Assembly (NCBI RefSeq): GCF_049060185.1
Contig: NZ_JBMEQO010000002.1
From: Nannocystis pusilla
GTDB lineage: Bacteria > Myxococcota_A > Polyangia > Nannocystales > Nannocystaceae
Direction: 5' to 3' (one strand)
Length of the DNA stretch: 64,000 nucleotides
Below are positions 54,368 to 64,000 of the stretch, piece by piece. Position 1 is the stretch's first letter; each line of letters opens with the position of its first letter. A program made the translations under genes and the position numbers. The notes beneath the pieces were generated by a model that saw only the letters and a list, made by a program, of their open reading frames with translations, made no database searches and was not told the origin of the DNA.

Positions 54368-55999
54368 GGGCGCGGCAGGATACTCGGCCTTCGCCCGCGA
54401 CGTCTCGCGCGTCAAGGCGCGCGCGAACTGTGCAGCCGCCGGATCGACGAGGCTGTCGACGCTCACGCGGCCGTTGCTGGCGAGGTGACGCAGCACCTGC
54501 CACACCGCCACGGGGTCGGCGCCGAGCGTCTCGGCGAGCTCGCGCGCGGTCTTGCCTCCAGATCCGCCCGGCAGCGCAGCGAGCACCGCGGCCTGCAGCG
54601 TGAGCACGCCCTTCGCCGCCTGCTTGCCGGCCTCGACGCCGGGCTGGTGGTAGGCGTTGACGTCGATGAGCTCGGCGTAGATCCCGACGGCGCGCTCGAA
54701 CAGCGCGATCAAGGCGCCGACGGCGGCGGCGTCGACCTGGCGCAGGACGATCGTCGCGCTGGCCCGACCGCGCTCGGCGAGCGCGGCGCGGGTGCCCTGG
54801 TAGAAGCCGTCGAGGCAGTCGCCCGAGCTCACCTGCGGCTCGACCTCGACCATGCCCGGTCCCGTGACCTGGCCGTCGAGGTCGCGGAGCACCCGCACGA
54901 ACACCGCGAAGAAGTTGTGCAGGCCGTCGCGCAGCTGCTGCACATAGGCGTGTTGGTCGGTCGAGCCCTTGTTGCCGTAGACCGCGAGCCCCTGCCACAC
55001 CTCGCGGCCCTGGCGGTCGAGCCGCTTGCCGAGCGACTCCATCACCAGCTGCTGCAGGTAGCGCGACATCAGCGACAGGCGATCCTTGTATGGCAAAATG
55101 ACCATGTCCCGAAGGCCATGTCCGGAGCCCTGCTGGTGCCACAGCCAGGCGAGCAGGGCGGCCGGGTTGCGCCGCGCCGGCCGCACGCGGCCCCACTGGT
55201 CCATCGCCGCGGCGCCGCGCAGGAGGCCGCGCCAGTCGTGGCCGAGCAGCGCCGCCGGCAGCAGGCCGACCGGCGAGAGCACGCTGGTGCGCCCGCCGAC
55301 CCAGTCCCACATCGGGAAGCGCGCCAGCCAGCCCTCGCGCTGCGCCAGCTGGTCGAGCGTGCTGCCCTCGAGGGTGATGGCGATCGCCCGCTTGGGGAAC
55401 TCGATCGCCTGCCGGGCGCAGGCGGCCCGCAGCTCGAGCATGCCGTTGCGCGTCTCGACGGTGGAGCCCGACTTGGAGACGACGAGGATCAAGGTCTGCG
55501 CGAGCGTACCTGTCTCTGCGAGCAGGTCGGCGATGCCGGCGGGGTCGGTGTTGTCGAGGACGCGCAGGCTGAAGCCGGGGCCGCTGTCGCGCGCGGTGAG
55601 GGCGGCCTCGAGCAGCTGCGGGCCGAGAGCGCTGCCGCCGATCCCGACGAGGATGGCGCCGGTGAACGGCCGGCCGTCGTCGGCGAGGATCTGGCCGCCG
55701 CGCACGCCGGCGGCGAAGGCCTCGATCTGCCGCCAGCTTTCGTGGATGGCCTGGGTGATCGCGGGATCGGGGGCGCGCTCCGGGTCGCGCAACCAGTAGT
55801 GCCCGACCATGCGGCCCTCGTCGGCGTTGGCGACGGCGCCGCCCTCGATCCGGTGGAGGGCGTCCAGCGCGGCCTCGAGCCGCGGGGCGCTGGCGGTCAG
55901 CGCGGGCTCGTCGAGCTGGGCGTCGGCGAAGTCGAGCTCGATGTCGAGTTCGGCACGGTAAAGGCGCCAGGTGAGATAGTGGTCGAGTGCGTCGGCCAT
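54368..55999 (-). CDS. pgi: Glucose-6-phosphate isomerase (Pgi). It is in frame with the downstream MATE gene and no stop was found.
   Basis: The sequence reads MADALDHYLTWRL... The PGI family signatures VGIGGSALGP and ...SKSGSTVETRNG are present, followed by the SIS domains. Confidence 0.85.
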
Positions 56000-56465
56000 G
56001 TCGGCGCGCTTTATAGCAGCGTCGGCGCTCGCGGGGAGCCTGGGGACGCCAGGCCTCGGGCGGGCGGCCTTGCTGCAGGGGTTCGTTGCAGTTGCTGCGG
56101 AGTCACGGTTCGCGAACTGCCGAGGCCGCCGTGCAGCGGTCGGGGACGCGGGCCGGCGCCCAGTCCTCGCGGATGCACCCTCCTTCGTCGGGCGCATCTC
56201 GCTGCGGATGGGCGCCGACCCGCGTCCCCGACCGCTGCACGGCCAGCCTCGTGGGTGGCCCGAGCGCCGGTCTCGGGCTTCGCTGTCGGGAGGGCGCGGG
56301 GCGGGGAGGGCTCTCCGAGCGATGGACGGCCGGGGCCGGCCGCCCATCGCTCGGACCTCCTGGAGACCTATCCGGCGCTCGTCGGTGCGCGGCGACGGGC
56401 GGCGCGGGCGGTCGTCTCGGGGCGGCGAACGGCGGCGGGGGACGCGTGCGGAGGACTGGGGAAAG

Positions 56466-56548
56466 TCATGGCATGTCCTTCACGGCATGTTGTGAAGAAC
56501 ATGGTGACATGGACATGTCTCTACGGGCATGTCCATGCGGGCATGCCG
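56466..56548. repeat. Tandem array of ~6 palindrome units in an intergenic region
   Basis: The array reads TGGCA|TGTCCTTCACGGCA|TGTTGTGAAGAACA|TGGTGACATGGACA|TGTCTCTACGGGCA|TGTCCATGCGGGCA|TGCC. Confidence 0.75.
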
Positions 56549-56583
56549 ATCGATGTGGCTTGTTCGGCGGGGGCGCGCGGGCG

Positions 56584-57708
56584 TCAGCCGGGATCGAGGC
56601 CGACGCTGCGGACGATCTCGGTCATCGCGGGGCGGGCGGCGGCGAGGTCGTCGCGGGTCTTGATCGGGAGGAAGCGGGAGCGGTCGACCCGCAGGCAGGC
56701 GGTCCTGGCGAACTCGGTGATCTGGCCGATGAGCTGTTCGAACTGGATGACGGGTTGGTCGTCGCGGCCGGGCCACTCGACGGAGCGCTCGACGGGGAAC
56801 CAGGTGAGCGGGTAGGGGCGCTCGAGGGCGGCCAGGGAGATCCACAAGGTGTTGGTGTTGAAGTGCGGATACTGGGCCAGGGAGACGCCGGGGGGCAGGC
56901 GGAAGGACTCGATGATGGTGGCGCGGCCGTCGACCTCGGCGACGCAGCCGCCGGCGTCGTCGGGGGCCCGCGCGACGACCTCGACGCTGAGCTCGGCGCC
57001 GCCGTCGACTGCGTCGAGGTGAGCGCCGAGGACGGTGGGATCGAGGGAGGCGCCGAGGTTGTCGACGTTGGAGACGAGGAGGTGCTCGATGCCGCGACGC
57101 CGCAGCTCGGCGACGACGCCGCTGTCGCGCACGCGCCGGAGGGTGTCGCCGTGGCCGGGGGCGGCGTAGACGGTGGTGTCGGGCAAGACGTCGGCCCCGG
57201 GCAGGCTGACGAGCGGGGTGCCGTCAGGCGAGACGCGCGGCATCAAGGACTGCAAGAACTCGTGGCGATCGTCGGCAGGGACGCCGGACCAGCCGATGGT
57301 GGCGAGGTGATCGCCGGAGGCTGCCCGGGTGGCGAAGCTGTGCATGACGACGGCCGGGACACCGGCCGCGCGGACGCCGGCGAGCTTGACGGCCAGGAAC
57401 GAGAGGTCAGGTCGATCGGGCAAGACCGGGACGACGCCCTTGACGACGCCGCCGAAGCGCGTGGCCATGCCACCGTTCAAGACCAGGGCGGCGACCTTGC
57501 GCGCGGCGAGGGCTTCCTGACCGCGGGCGCGCCAGCCGGGCCGGGCGTCGGCGCGGCCGAGGTCGAGCAGGACGTCGTCGCCGAGCGGCCGCGGCGGGGC
57601 GGTCAGCCGGGCGCGCGTGGGGCTGAGCTCGCCGCGGGCGAGGGCGCTGCGGAGAAAGTCGAAGAGGGCGGCGTCGAAGGCGATGTCGGCGACCGAAGGG
57701 CGGAGCAT
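56584..57708 (-). CDS. UDP-sugar pyrophosphorylase (UDPGP family, eukaryotic-type UTP--glucose-1-phosphate uridylyltransferase-like)
   Basis: An intact 374-aa ORF with the UDPGP-type motif LVLNGGMATRFGG. Confidence 0.7.
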   Translation of the reverse strand: MLRPSVADIAFDAALFDFLRSALARGELSPTRARLTAPPRPLGDDVLLDLGRADARPGWRARGQEALAARKVAALVLNGGMATRFGGVVKGVVPVLPDRPDLSFLAVKLAGVRAAGVPAVVMHSFATRAASGDHLATIGWSGVPADDRHEFLQSLMPRVSPDGTPLVSLPGADVLPDTTVYAAPGHGDTLRRVRDSGVVAELRRRGIEHLLVSNVDNLGASLDPTVLGAHLDAVDGGAELSVEVVARAPDDAGGCVAEVDGRATIIESFRLPPGVSLAQYPHFNTNTLWISLAALERPYPLTWFPVERSVEWPGRDDQPVIQFEQLIGQITEFARTACLRVDRSRFLPIKTRDDLAAARPAMTEIVRSVGLDPG

Positions 57709-57986
57709 GACGCGCTGGTCTTACTCCACGTCGGCCGCGCGGTCGAACCCGAGGGCGCGAAGACCCGCCGAACGCGCCCGCGCGTCACGTGCGGGCGGCG
57801 AGCTCGCGACGCCCCGGAGTCGACTGCGGAATCACCGCGAGATCGCAACCTCCGGAACGACAGGAGCAGATGTCCGGGTCGACGCCGGGTCGACGTCGGA
57901 GTCCTCGGAACAACCCTCGTCCTCGAGGTCGCAGCTCGGTTCGCGGACGCCGGCGCTGCATCACGCGTCGAGGTCGACGCGAAGCA

Positions 57987-59102
57987 TCACAGGCGACCGA
58001 CGGAGCGGGCCCACGCGACTGTGTGCTCGAGCCCTCGCGCGAGCGGCCAAAGTGGGGCGTACTCGAGCTCGCGCACGGCCCGGCTGTCGTCGCACCACCA
58101 GCCCGGCGCCATGCTGCCGCGGGCCTTGTCGAGGGTCAGCGCGGGGGCCTTGCCGCGCAGGCGGCCGATCGCGTGGTTGATGCCGGCGACGGTCCACACC
58201 GCGGCCTGCGGCATCGGCAGCGCGAGCGCCCGCCGGCCGAGCGCCGCGGCGGCGGCCCGGCCGAACTCGACGACGGTGCTACGCTGGCCGTCGGTCAAGT
58301 AGTAGATGCCGGCGCCGGCGGGTGAGAGATGTCCTCGGGGACATGGTCGAAGGGGCTGCCTTGATCGGCGAGCACGTGCTCGCCGTCGCGGGGATCGGGC
58401 AACCGCGAGCGCCGGCGCGGGCGATGCCCTCGACGAGATCGAGGGCGTGGATGAAGGACATCCACGCGGGGCGCAGGCCGGGCTGGGCGATCACCCCGAA
58501 CTTGGCGGAGCGGATCATCTGCAACATGTCGAGGTCGCGCGGGCCGTAGACCGCCGGCGGACGCACGATCACCGCCTCGACGTCGCCGGTGCGCGCGGCC
58601 GCGAAGACCAGCCGCTCGCCGTCGAGCTTGCTGTCGCCGTAGAGCGTGTAGCCGACGCGCGGGGCGTGGTGCTCACGCCGCGCGACCTCCGGGTGCGACG
58701 GGCCGGCGGCCATCAACGACGACACGTAGACGAGCCGCCGCGGCCGTCGCGGGCCTGGCGGATCGCCGCGAGCACGTTGGCGACGCCGGCCGCGTTGGCC
58801 CGCGCGAACTCGTCGCGGGTGAACGCGGCGGTCAGGCCGGCCACGTGATAGACGGTGTCGACGCCGTCGAACGCGGCCGCCATCGCGTCGACGTCGGACA
58901 GCGACGCGCGCACGAGCTCGGGCTGCGCGTCGGTCCGCGCGAGCGCGTCGGCGAGGTTGTCGAGGTTGGCGCTGGCGCGGACCATCGCCCTCACGTCGTC
59001 GCCGCCCGCGAGCAGACGATCGACGAGGTGACTGCCGATGAAGCCGTTCGCGCCGGTGACGAGGACCTTCGTGCGCACGAAGCGGGGATTACCCACCGCC
59101 AT
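57987..59102 (-). CDS. NAD-dependent epimerase/dehydratase. It is frameshifted and carries a palindrome-unit insert-like segment.
   Basis: The N-terminus KVLVTGANGFIGSHLVDRLL has the GxxGxxG motif. YGDSK (YxxxK) is present. The C-terminus is in a third frame. Confidence 0.75.
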
Positions 59103-59372
59103 GCGTCGACGTCAAGGCGGTGACACAGGGCTCGAGAGCTTCACCACGCGCCGCTTCGATCGCGGTCTCTTGTCCGCAGCATGCGTGACATACAGCCAGT
59201 GTGCGACGCATTTCGCAGTCTACACGCGAGCGCGAGCGCGACTCGGCCGTCGAGTTCGCTGCGGGGCGTGGAGATTGTTGCACTCGAGATTAACTACCAG
59301 CGGCCGATGCAGCCGCATGCGGCCGTATCGAGGCGCATCATTTTATGCACCGGTTTAAATAGTTCGCCGATA

Positions 59373-59389
59373 AGGCCAGCGCGTCGCAA
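59373..59389 (+). promoter_or_regulatory. Weak sigma54-like -24/-12 candidate (AGGCCA-N5-TCGCA) upstream of the lipid operon
   Basis: The GG and GC dinucleotides are at canonical spacing, but the other positions are poor. It sits in a lower-GC promoter-like region. Confidence 0.2.
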
Positions 59390-59523
59390 TCTGCAACACG
59401 TGCAACGAGGCGACAGGCGCGCTGCACGTGGATCCGCATGCGCTGAGGAACAAAATTTCCGTGACAGCCGCGATACTTTCGCTGTAACTACGCCCGGGCC
59501 CCGACATGCCGGGGAGTTCCGTG

Positions 59524-60777
59524 ATGGGCCGCGAAGCCGAGCACAGTTTGGCCGACTTCTACTTCTCGGACAGCGACGATCCGCTCCGTCCGCCCGAGGG
59601 CTTCGTGCAGTGGGCCGAGGCCGGCTCCTGGGCGATGTCGATGTACGAGCCCCACATGTTGGGGGCCGTCGCACCGCGCATGGCGATCGAACGCGCCGGC
59701 GAACGCAGCGACGTCATCAACCTCAGCTCGTACAACTACCTCGGGCTGGCGACGCACCCGGAGGTCGTCGAGGCGGCGCAGGAGGCCCTGCGCACCTACG
59801 GCACCGGGGCCTGCGGATCGCCGCTGCTGTCGGGGCTGTCGGATCTGCACCGCGGGCTCGAGCGCGAGCTGGCGGCGTTCCTCGGCCAGGAGGACTGCAT
59901 CCTCTTCAACAGCGGCTTCGCCGGGGAATGGGCACGCTGGCCGGCGTGTTGCGCAAGGGCGACGTGGCCATCCTCGACGCCAAGACCCACCTGTGCTCGA
60001 TCGACGGCGTCAAGCTGTCGCGCGCCAAGCTGGTGTTCTTCGACCACAACGACCCCGACTCGCTCGACCAGGCGCTGACCGACAGCGAGGGCGCGCGCCG
60101 GCTGGTGGTGGTCGAGGGCGTGTACTCGATGGACGGCGACACGGCCGATCTGCCGAAGCTGCTGCCGGTGGCCGAGAAGCACGGCGTCGGCGTGCTGATC
60201 GACGAGGCCCACTCGATCCTCGTCTACGGCGCCAACGGCCGCGGCGTGGTCGAGCACTACGGCGCCGAGAAGTCGATCGGCCTGCAGTTCGCGACCTTCA
60301 GCAAGGCGTTCGCCGGCTGCGGCGGCTTCACCGTCGGACCGCGCGCTGCTGCAGTACATGCGCTACTACATCAACGCCTACGGCTTCAGCTGCGCGCTGC
60401 CGCCGGCGGTGGTGGCCGGGCTCCGCAAGGCGCTCGAGGTGGCGACCCGCGACAACTCGCTGCGCGAGACGCTGTGGGCCAACACCCGCTACTTCCGCGA
60501 GAAGGCGCAGCAGATCGGCCTCGACCTCGGGCATGGCTCGAGTCAGGTGGTGCCGATCATGGTCGGATCGGATCGCCGCCGGCTGTATGAGTTGACGCGC
60601 ACGCTCCACCGCCGCGGGCTGTTCCTCGCGCCGGTCGACTACCCCTCGGTGCCCGAGGACGGGCTGCGCTTCCGCGTCGCGATCACGGCCGCGCACACGC
60701 GCGCCGACCTCGACCGCGCGCTCGAGATCCTCGAGGACACGATCATCCGCGGCCGCGTCGACGGGGCGGCCGAGTGA
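59524..60777 (+). CDS. Alpha-oxoamine synthase (serine palmitoyltransferase / 8-amino-7-oxononanoate synthase family). It is frameshifted.
   Basis: The motifs VINLSSYNYLGLATHPEVVEAAQEALRTYGTGACGSPLLSG ... GFAGNMGTLAGVL ... SKAFAGCGGF are present. The PLP-Lys region is conserved. It spans three frames. Confidence 0.8.
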
Positions 60778-60798
60778 GCGGGACAGGGTAGGGGCACG

Positions 60799-61809
60799 AT
60801 GAAGACGACGCTGGTGTTCATGTTCCCAGGGCAGAGCTCGCGCTACCCCGGGATGCTCGGCAAGCTGGCCCGGCTGCACCGCCGGGCCGCCGAGGTGCTG
60901 GCGCGCTGCAACGACGTGCTCGGCCGCGACCTCGACGCGCACACCAGCGAAGACAACCCGACGGCGTTCGATCGCAACGTCGACGTCCAGGTCGGCGTGT
61001 TCGTCGCCAACCACATGATGCTCAGCATCCTGCAGGCCGAGGGCGTCGACGCCGAGCTGTCGCTGGGGCTGTCGCTCGGCGAGTACAACCACCTCGTCCA
61101 CATCGGCGCGCTCGAGCTGCCGGAGGCGCTGCGCCTGGTCCAGGCCCGCGGCGAGGCCTACGACGCCGGCCCGCGCGGGATGATGGCCTCGGTCCAGCCG
61201 CTCGACCTCGAGACGCTCGAGGAGGTGGTCGAGCAGATCCGCGGCCAGGGCCTCGGGGTGCTCGAGATCGTCAACCTCAACTCGCCGAAGCAGCACGTGC
61301 TGTCGGGCGACGCCGCCGCGGTCGAGGCCGCGGTCGCGCTGCTGGAGGACGAGCACTACGTGGTGCCGACGATCATCGAGCGCCAGGTGCCGATGCACTC
61401 GTCGCTGTTCGAGCCGGTCGGCGTGGCCCTGCGCCCGCACCTGCAGCGCGCGCGCTTCAAGGCCCCGCGGCTGCCGTACCTGCCGAACCGCCGCGGCGAG
61501 TTCATGCCGGCGCCGGGGCCGGGCGTGTTCGTCGACCTGCTCGAGGAGCACGTGCACACGCCGGTGCTGTGGCGCAAGTCGATCGACCGCGTCACCGAGC
61601 GCCACCCGGGCGCGGTGTTCGTCGAGGTCGGCCCGCGCCAGGTGCTTCACAACCTGCTCGACCGCAAGTGGTCGTCGCGGCCGAAGTACGCCACCGACAA
61701 CCGCGACGATGCCGCCGGGCACCTGGCCGGCGTGCTCGCGGCGCTGCGCCAGCACCTGCCGCCGACCCCGCGCAAGGACGTGGCTCAGGAGGCGTCGTGG
61801 ACGAGCTGA
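60799..61809 (+). CDS. Acyltransferase (malonyl-CoA:ACP transacylase FabD-like)
   Basis: An intact ORF with FPGQSSRYPGM and the active-site GLSLGEYN (GHSxG-type). There is no C-terminal extension. Confidence 0.85.
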   Translation: MKTTLVFMFPGQSSRYPGMLGKLARLHRRAAEVLARCNDVLGRDLDAHTSEDNPTAFDRNVDVQVGVFVANHMMLSILQAEGVDAELSLGLSLGEYNHLVHIGALELPEALRLVQARGEAYDAGPRGMMASVQPLDLETLEEVVEQIRGQGLGVLEIVNLNSPKQHVLSGDAAAVEAAVALLEDEHYVVPTIIERQVPMHSSLFEPVGVALRPHLQRARFKAPRLPYLPNRRGEFMPAPGPGVFVDLLEEHVHTPVLWRKSIDRVTERHPGAVFVEVGPRQVLHNLLDRKWSSRPKYATDNRDDAAGHLAGVLAALRQHLPPTPRKDVAQEASWTS

Positions 61810-62351
61810 GCGGCCTCGACGCGCTGATCAAGCAGCACCGCCGGCGGCCCGTGTTCGTGCCCGGAGAGGGCAGCACGCGGGTCGAGTTCGGCCGCGCCGC
61901 GATCGAGCGCATGCTGCCGCACCGCGATCCGTTTCTGTTCGTCGACGCGATCGACGCGGTCGAGCTGCCGCGCACGCCCGAGGACCCGGGCATGATCCGC
62001 GGCGTGCGGACTATCGACGCCGGCGACGCGGTGTTCGCCGGCCACTTCCCCGGCGACCCGGTGTACCCAGGCGTGCTGCTGGTCGAGGCGATCGGGCAGC
62101 TCGGGATCTGTCTCTTGCACCTCATGGCCAAAGGGACAGCCAGCATCGACGCCGCCGACGCGCCGGCGCGCCTGCGGCTGCTCAAGGTCCACCACGCCCT
62201 GTTCCAGGGCGGCGTCCGCCCGGGTGACCGGCTGACGCTGCTCGCCCGCTCGCTCGAGCACAGCGACTACGTCTCGACCTGCGTCGGCCAGGCCCTCCGC
62301 GGCGAGGAGGTCCAGGCCCTCGCGGTGTTCGAGGTCTACTTGATGGACTGA
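61798..62351 (+). CDS. FabA/FabZ-type 3-hydroxyacyl-ACP dehydratase
   Basis: A GTG start overlaps the upstream stop. The motifs LPHRDPFLFVD...GHFPGDPVYPGVLLVEAIGQ are present. Confidence 0.8.
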
Positions 62352-62370
62352 CTCCCCCAGAAGAGCACGC

Positions 62371-63680
62371 ATGGTCTCATCGCAGGCACAATCGCCCCGC
62401 CGCGTGGTCATCACCGGCCTCGGCATCAACACGCCCCTGGGCGACGATCTCGACACCTTCTACGCCAACCTCGTCGCCGGCAAGTCGGCGATCACGCGCT
62501 GGAAGTGGCACAACAACGACGGCGTGTACTCGAAGATCGGCGGCGATCTGTCGGAGTACGACGTCAAGGCCAAGCTGGCGCGTCTGCGCGACGTGCTGCC
62601 GGCCGAGGTGCACAAGCGGGCCCGCCAGCTGTGCAACAAGGCGCCGTTCTCGACGTCGCTGTCGGTGCTGTGCGCGGCCGATGCCTGGCGCGACGCCGGC
62701 ATGGTCGAGGTCGCGGACCCGACCCGCTGCGCGGTGCTGGTCGGCGGCCACAACCTCAACGAGCGCTACTTCGCCGACAACTACGTCACCTTCCAGACGG
62801 AAGACCCCGACTACATCGACTCGATGGCGGCGCTGCACATGCTCGACACCGACCACGCCGGCTCGGTGAGCGAGATGCTCGGCTGGAAGGGCGCCTGCTA
62901 CACGCTCGGGGCGCGTGCGCCAGCGCGAACGTGGCCCTGCGCAACGCGATCGACGAGATCCGCCACCACGACCACGACATGGCGATGGTGGTCGGCGCGG
63001 TGCTCGACTTCTCGCAGATGGGCGTGCACGCGATGGCGCTGCTCGGCGCCATCACCTTCGAGAGCTTCAACGACACGCCCGAGCTGGCCAGCCGGCCCTA
63101 CGACTCGCGGCGCGAGGGCTTCGTGCCGTCGCACGGGGCGGGCGCGCTGGTGCTCGAGGAGCTCGGCCACGCGCTGAAGCGCGGCGCGACGATCTACGCC
63201 GAGGTGCTCGGCTGCACCTCGACGTCGGACGGCTGCCACCTGCCGTCGCCGTCGACCGAGGGCCAGGCGCGCACGCTCGAGCGGCTGCTGCGGCGCGCGC
63301 AGGTGCGGCCCGACGAGATCGACTTCGTGTGCGCCCACGCGACCAGCACGCCGCTCGGCGACCTGTCCGAGCTCAACGCGATCCGCAAGGTCTTCGGCGC
63401 CCACGCCAAGAAGCTCAAGATCAACGCGCCGAAGTCGATGCTCGGCCACACCTGCTGGTCGGCGCCGGCGGTCGAGACCGTGGCGGCGATGCTGCAGATG
63501 CGCGGCGGCGTGCTGCACCCGTCGATCAACATCGACGAGCTCGACCCCGAGGTCGACCTCGACGTGTGCGCCAACAAGGCGGTCGAGCACCGCATCGAGC
63601 TGATGGTCAAGAACTCGTTCGGCTTCGGCGGCCTCAACTGCTGCGCGCTGTACCGCCGGTGGGACCCGAACAGCCTGTGA
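62371..63680 (+). CDS. Beta-ketoacyl-ACP synthase (KAS I/II-like). It has one frame switch near 62900.
   Basis: The sequence reads VVITGLGINTPLGDDLDTFYANLVAGKS... The active-site Cys region (GACYTLG) is at the frame switch. The His-His region reads CAHATSTPLGD...LGHTCWSAP. Confidence 0.85.
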
Positions 63681-63689
63681 GCCGCGCCA

Positions 63690-64000
63690 TGAACTTCTTC
63701 GTCACCGGAGGCTCGCGGGGCATCGGCGCCGGCATCGTGCTCGAGGCGGTGCGTGCCGGTCACGACGTCGCGTTCGCGTACCGCAGCAACGACGACGCGG
63801 CGCGCAAGATCGAGGCCGAGGCGGCGGCGATCCGCCCGGGCGCGAAGGTCAAGGGCTACGCGCTCGACGTGAGCCGCTCCGACCGCGTCGGCGAGGTCGC
63901 CGACGAGGTGCTGAACGACTTCGACAGCGTCGAGGTGATCGTCAACTGCGCCGGCATCAACCGCGCCAACCTCGTGGTCTCGATGTCCGACGAGGAGTGG
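63690..64000 (+). CDS. SDR family oxidoreductase (3-oxoacyl-ACP reductase-like). Partial; it runs off the window end.
   Basis: The sequence reads MNFFVTGGSRGIGAGIVLEAVRAG...NCAGIN. Confidence 0.8.

Overview
This is a very high-GC (~70%) chromosomal segment that looks deltaproteobacterial and myxobacterial. A secreted protein at 12050..12610 ends in a MYXO-CTERM-like sorting tail.

The window contains several recognisable gene groups:
- A PHA (polyhydroxyalkanoate) metabolism cluster: phaR, an acyl-CoA synthetase, a small PhaE/PhaR-type synthase subunit, phaC, and secreted hydrolases.
- An acyl-CoA dehydrogenase and a small DPPY-motif DNA methyltransferase.
- A complete type II secretion system (gspC-D-E-F-G-H-I-J-K-L-M-N) bracketed by two sigma54-dependent NtrC-family activators.
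- A ~1770-aa multidomain protein with GspE-N/MshEN-like, low-complexity repeat, GAF-like and HEAT domains.
- The rsmE-prmA pair, meaB, and an apparently fused pgi/MATE-transporter pair.
- A UDP-sugar pyrophosphorylase and an epimerase.
- A lipid-biosynthesis operon running off the 3' end: a serine-palmitoyltransferase-like oxoamine synthase, an acyltransferase, a dehydratase, a ketosynthase and a ketoreductase.

Two global observations dominate.

1. Almost every gene is split across two or three reading frames in the ORF track, and the frame switches tend to fall at G/C homopolymer runs. This is the signature of indel-type assembly error, or less likely massive pseudogenisation. All CDS calls below therefore span the frame switches and rest on protein-family recognition.

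2. The window is densely populated by a short palindromic repeat family that none of the genes explains. The unit is a 14-bp TGTCC-N4-GGACA palindrome, equivalently a GGACATGTCC decamer spaced by 4 bp. Units occur alone and in gap-free head-to-tail arrays of 3-7. More than 20 perfect copies were found by eye, against well under 1 expected by chance at this composition.

These repeats have several notable properties:
- Arrays sit preferentially in convergent 3' intergenic regions.
- Single units and short arrays are embedded in frame inside conserved coding sequences, where they force codons that are otherwise almost absent at this GC (TTA, GTT, ACA).
- They coincide with several start and stop codons.
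- They form the head of every unit of a 42-48 bp coding tandem repeat.
- They are especially dense in a lower-GC tail immediately downstream of the DNA methyltransferase.

I cannot assign a function from sequence alone. I flag the repeat family as the most unusual and potentially novel element in the window. Candidate roles include a REP/uptake-signal-like selected DNA motif, a binding-site array for a dimeric CRP/FNR-type or other DNA-binding protein, or the target of the adjacent methyltransferase.

No rRNA, tRNA, CRISPR array, IS element or transposase was recognised.
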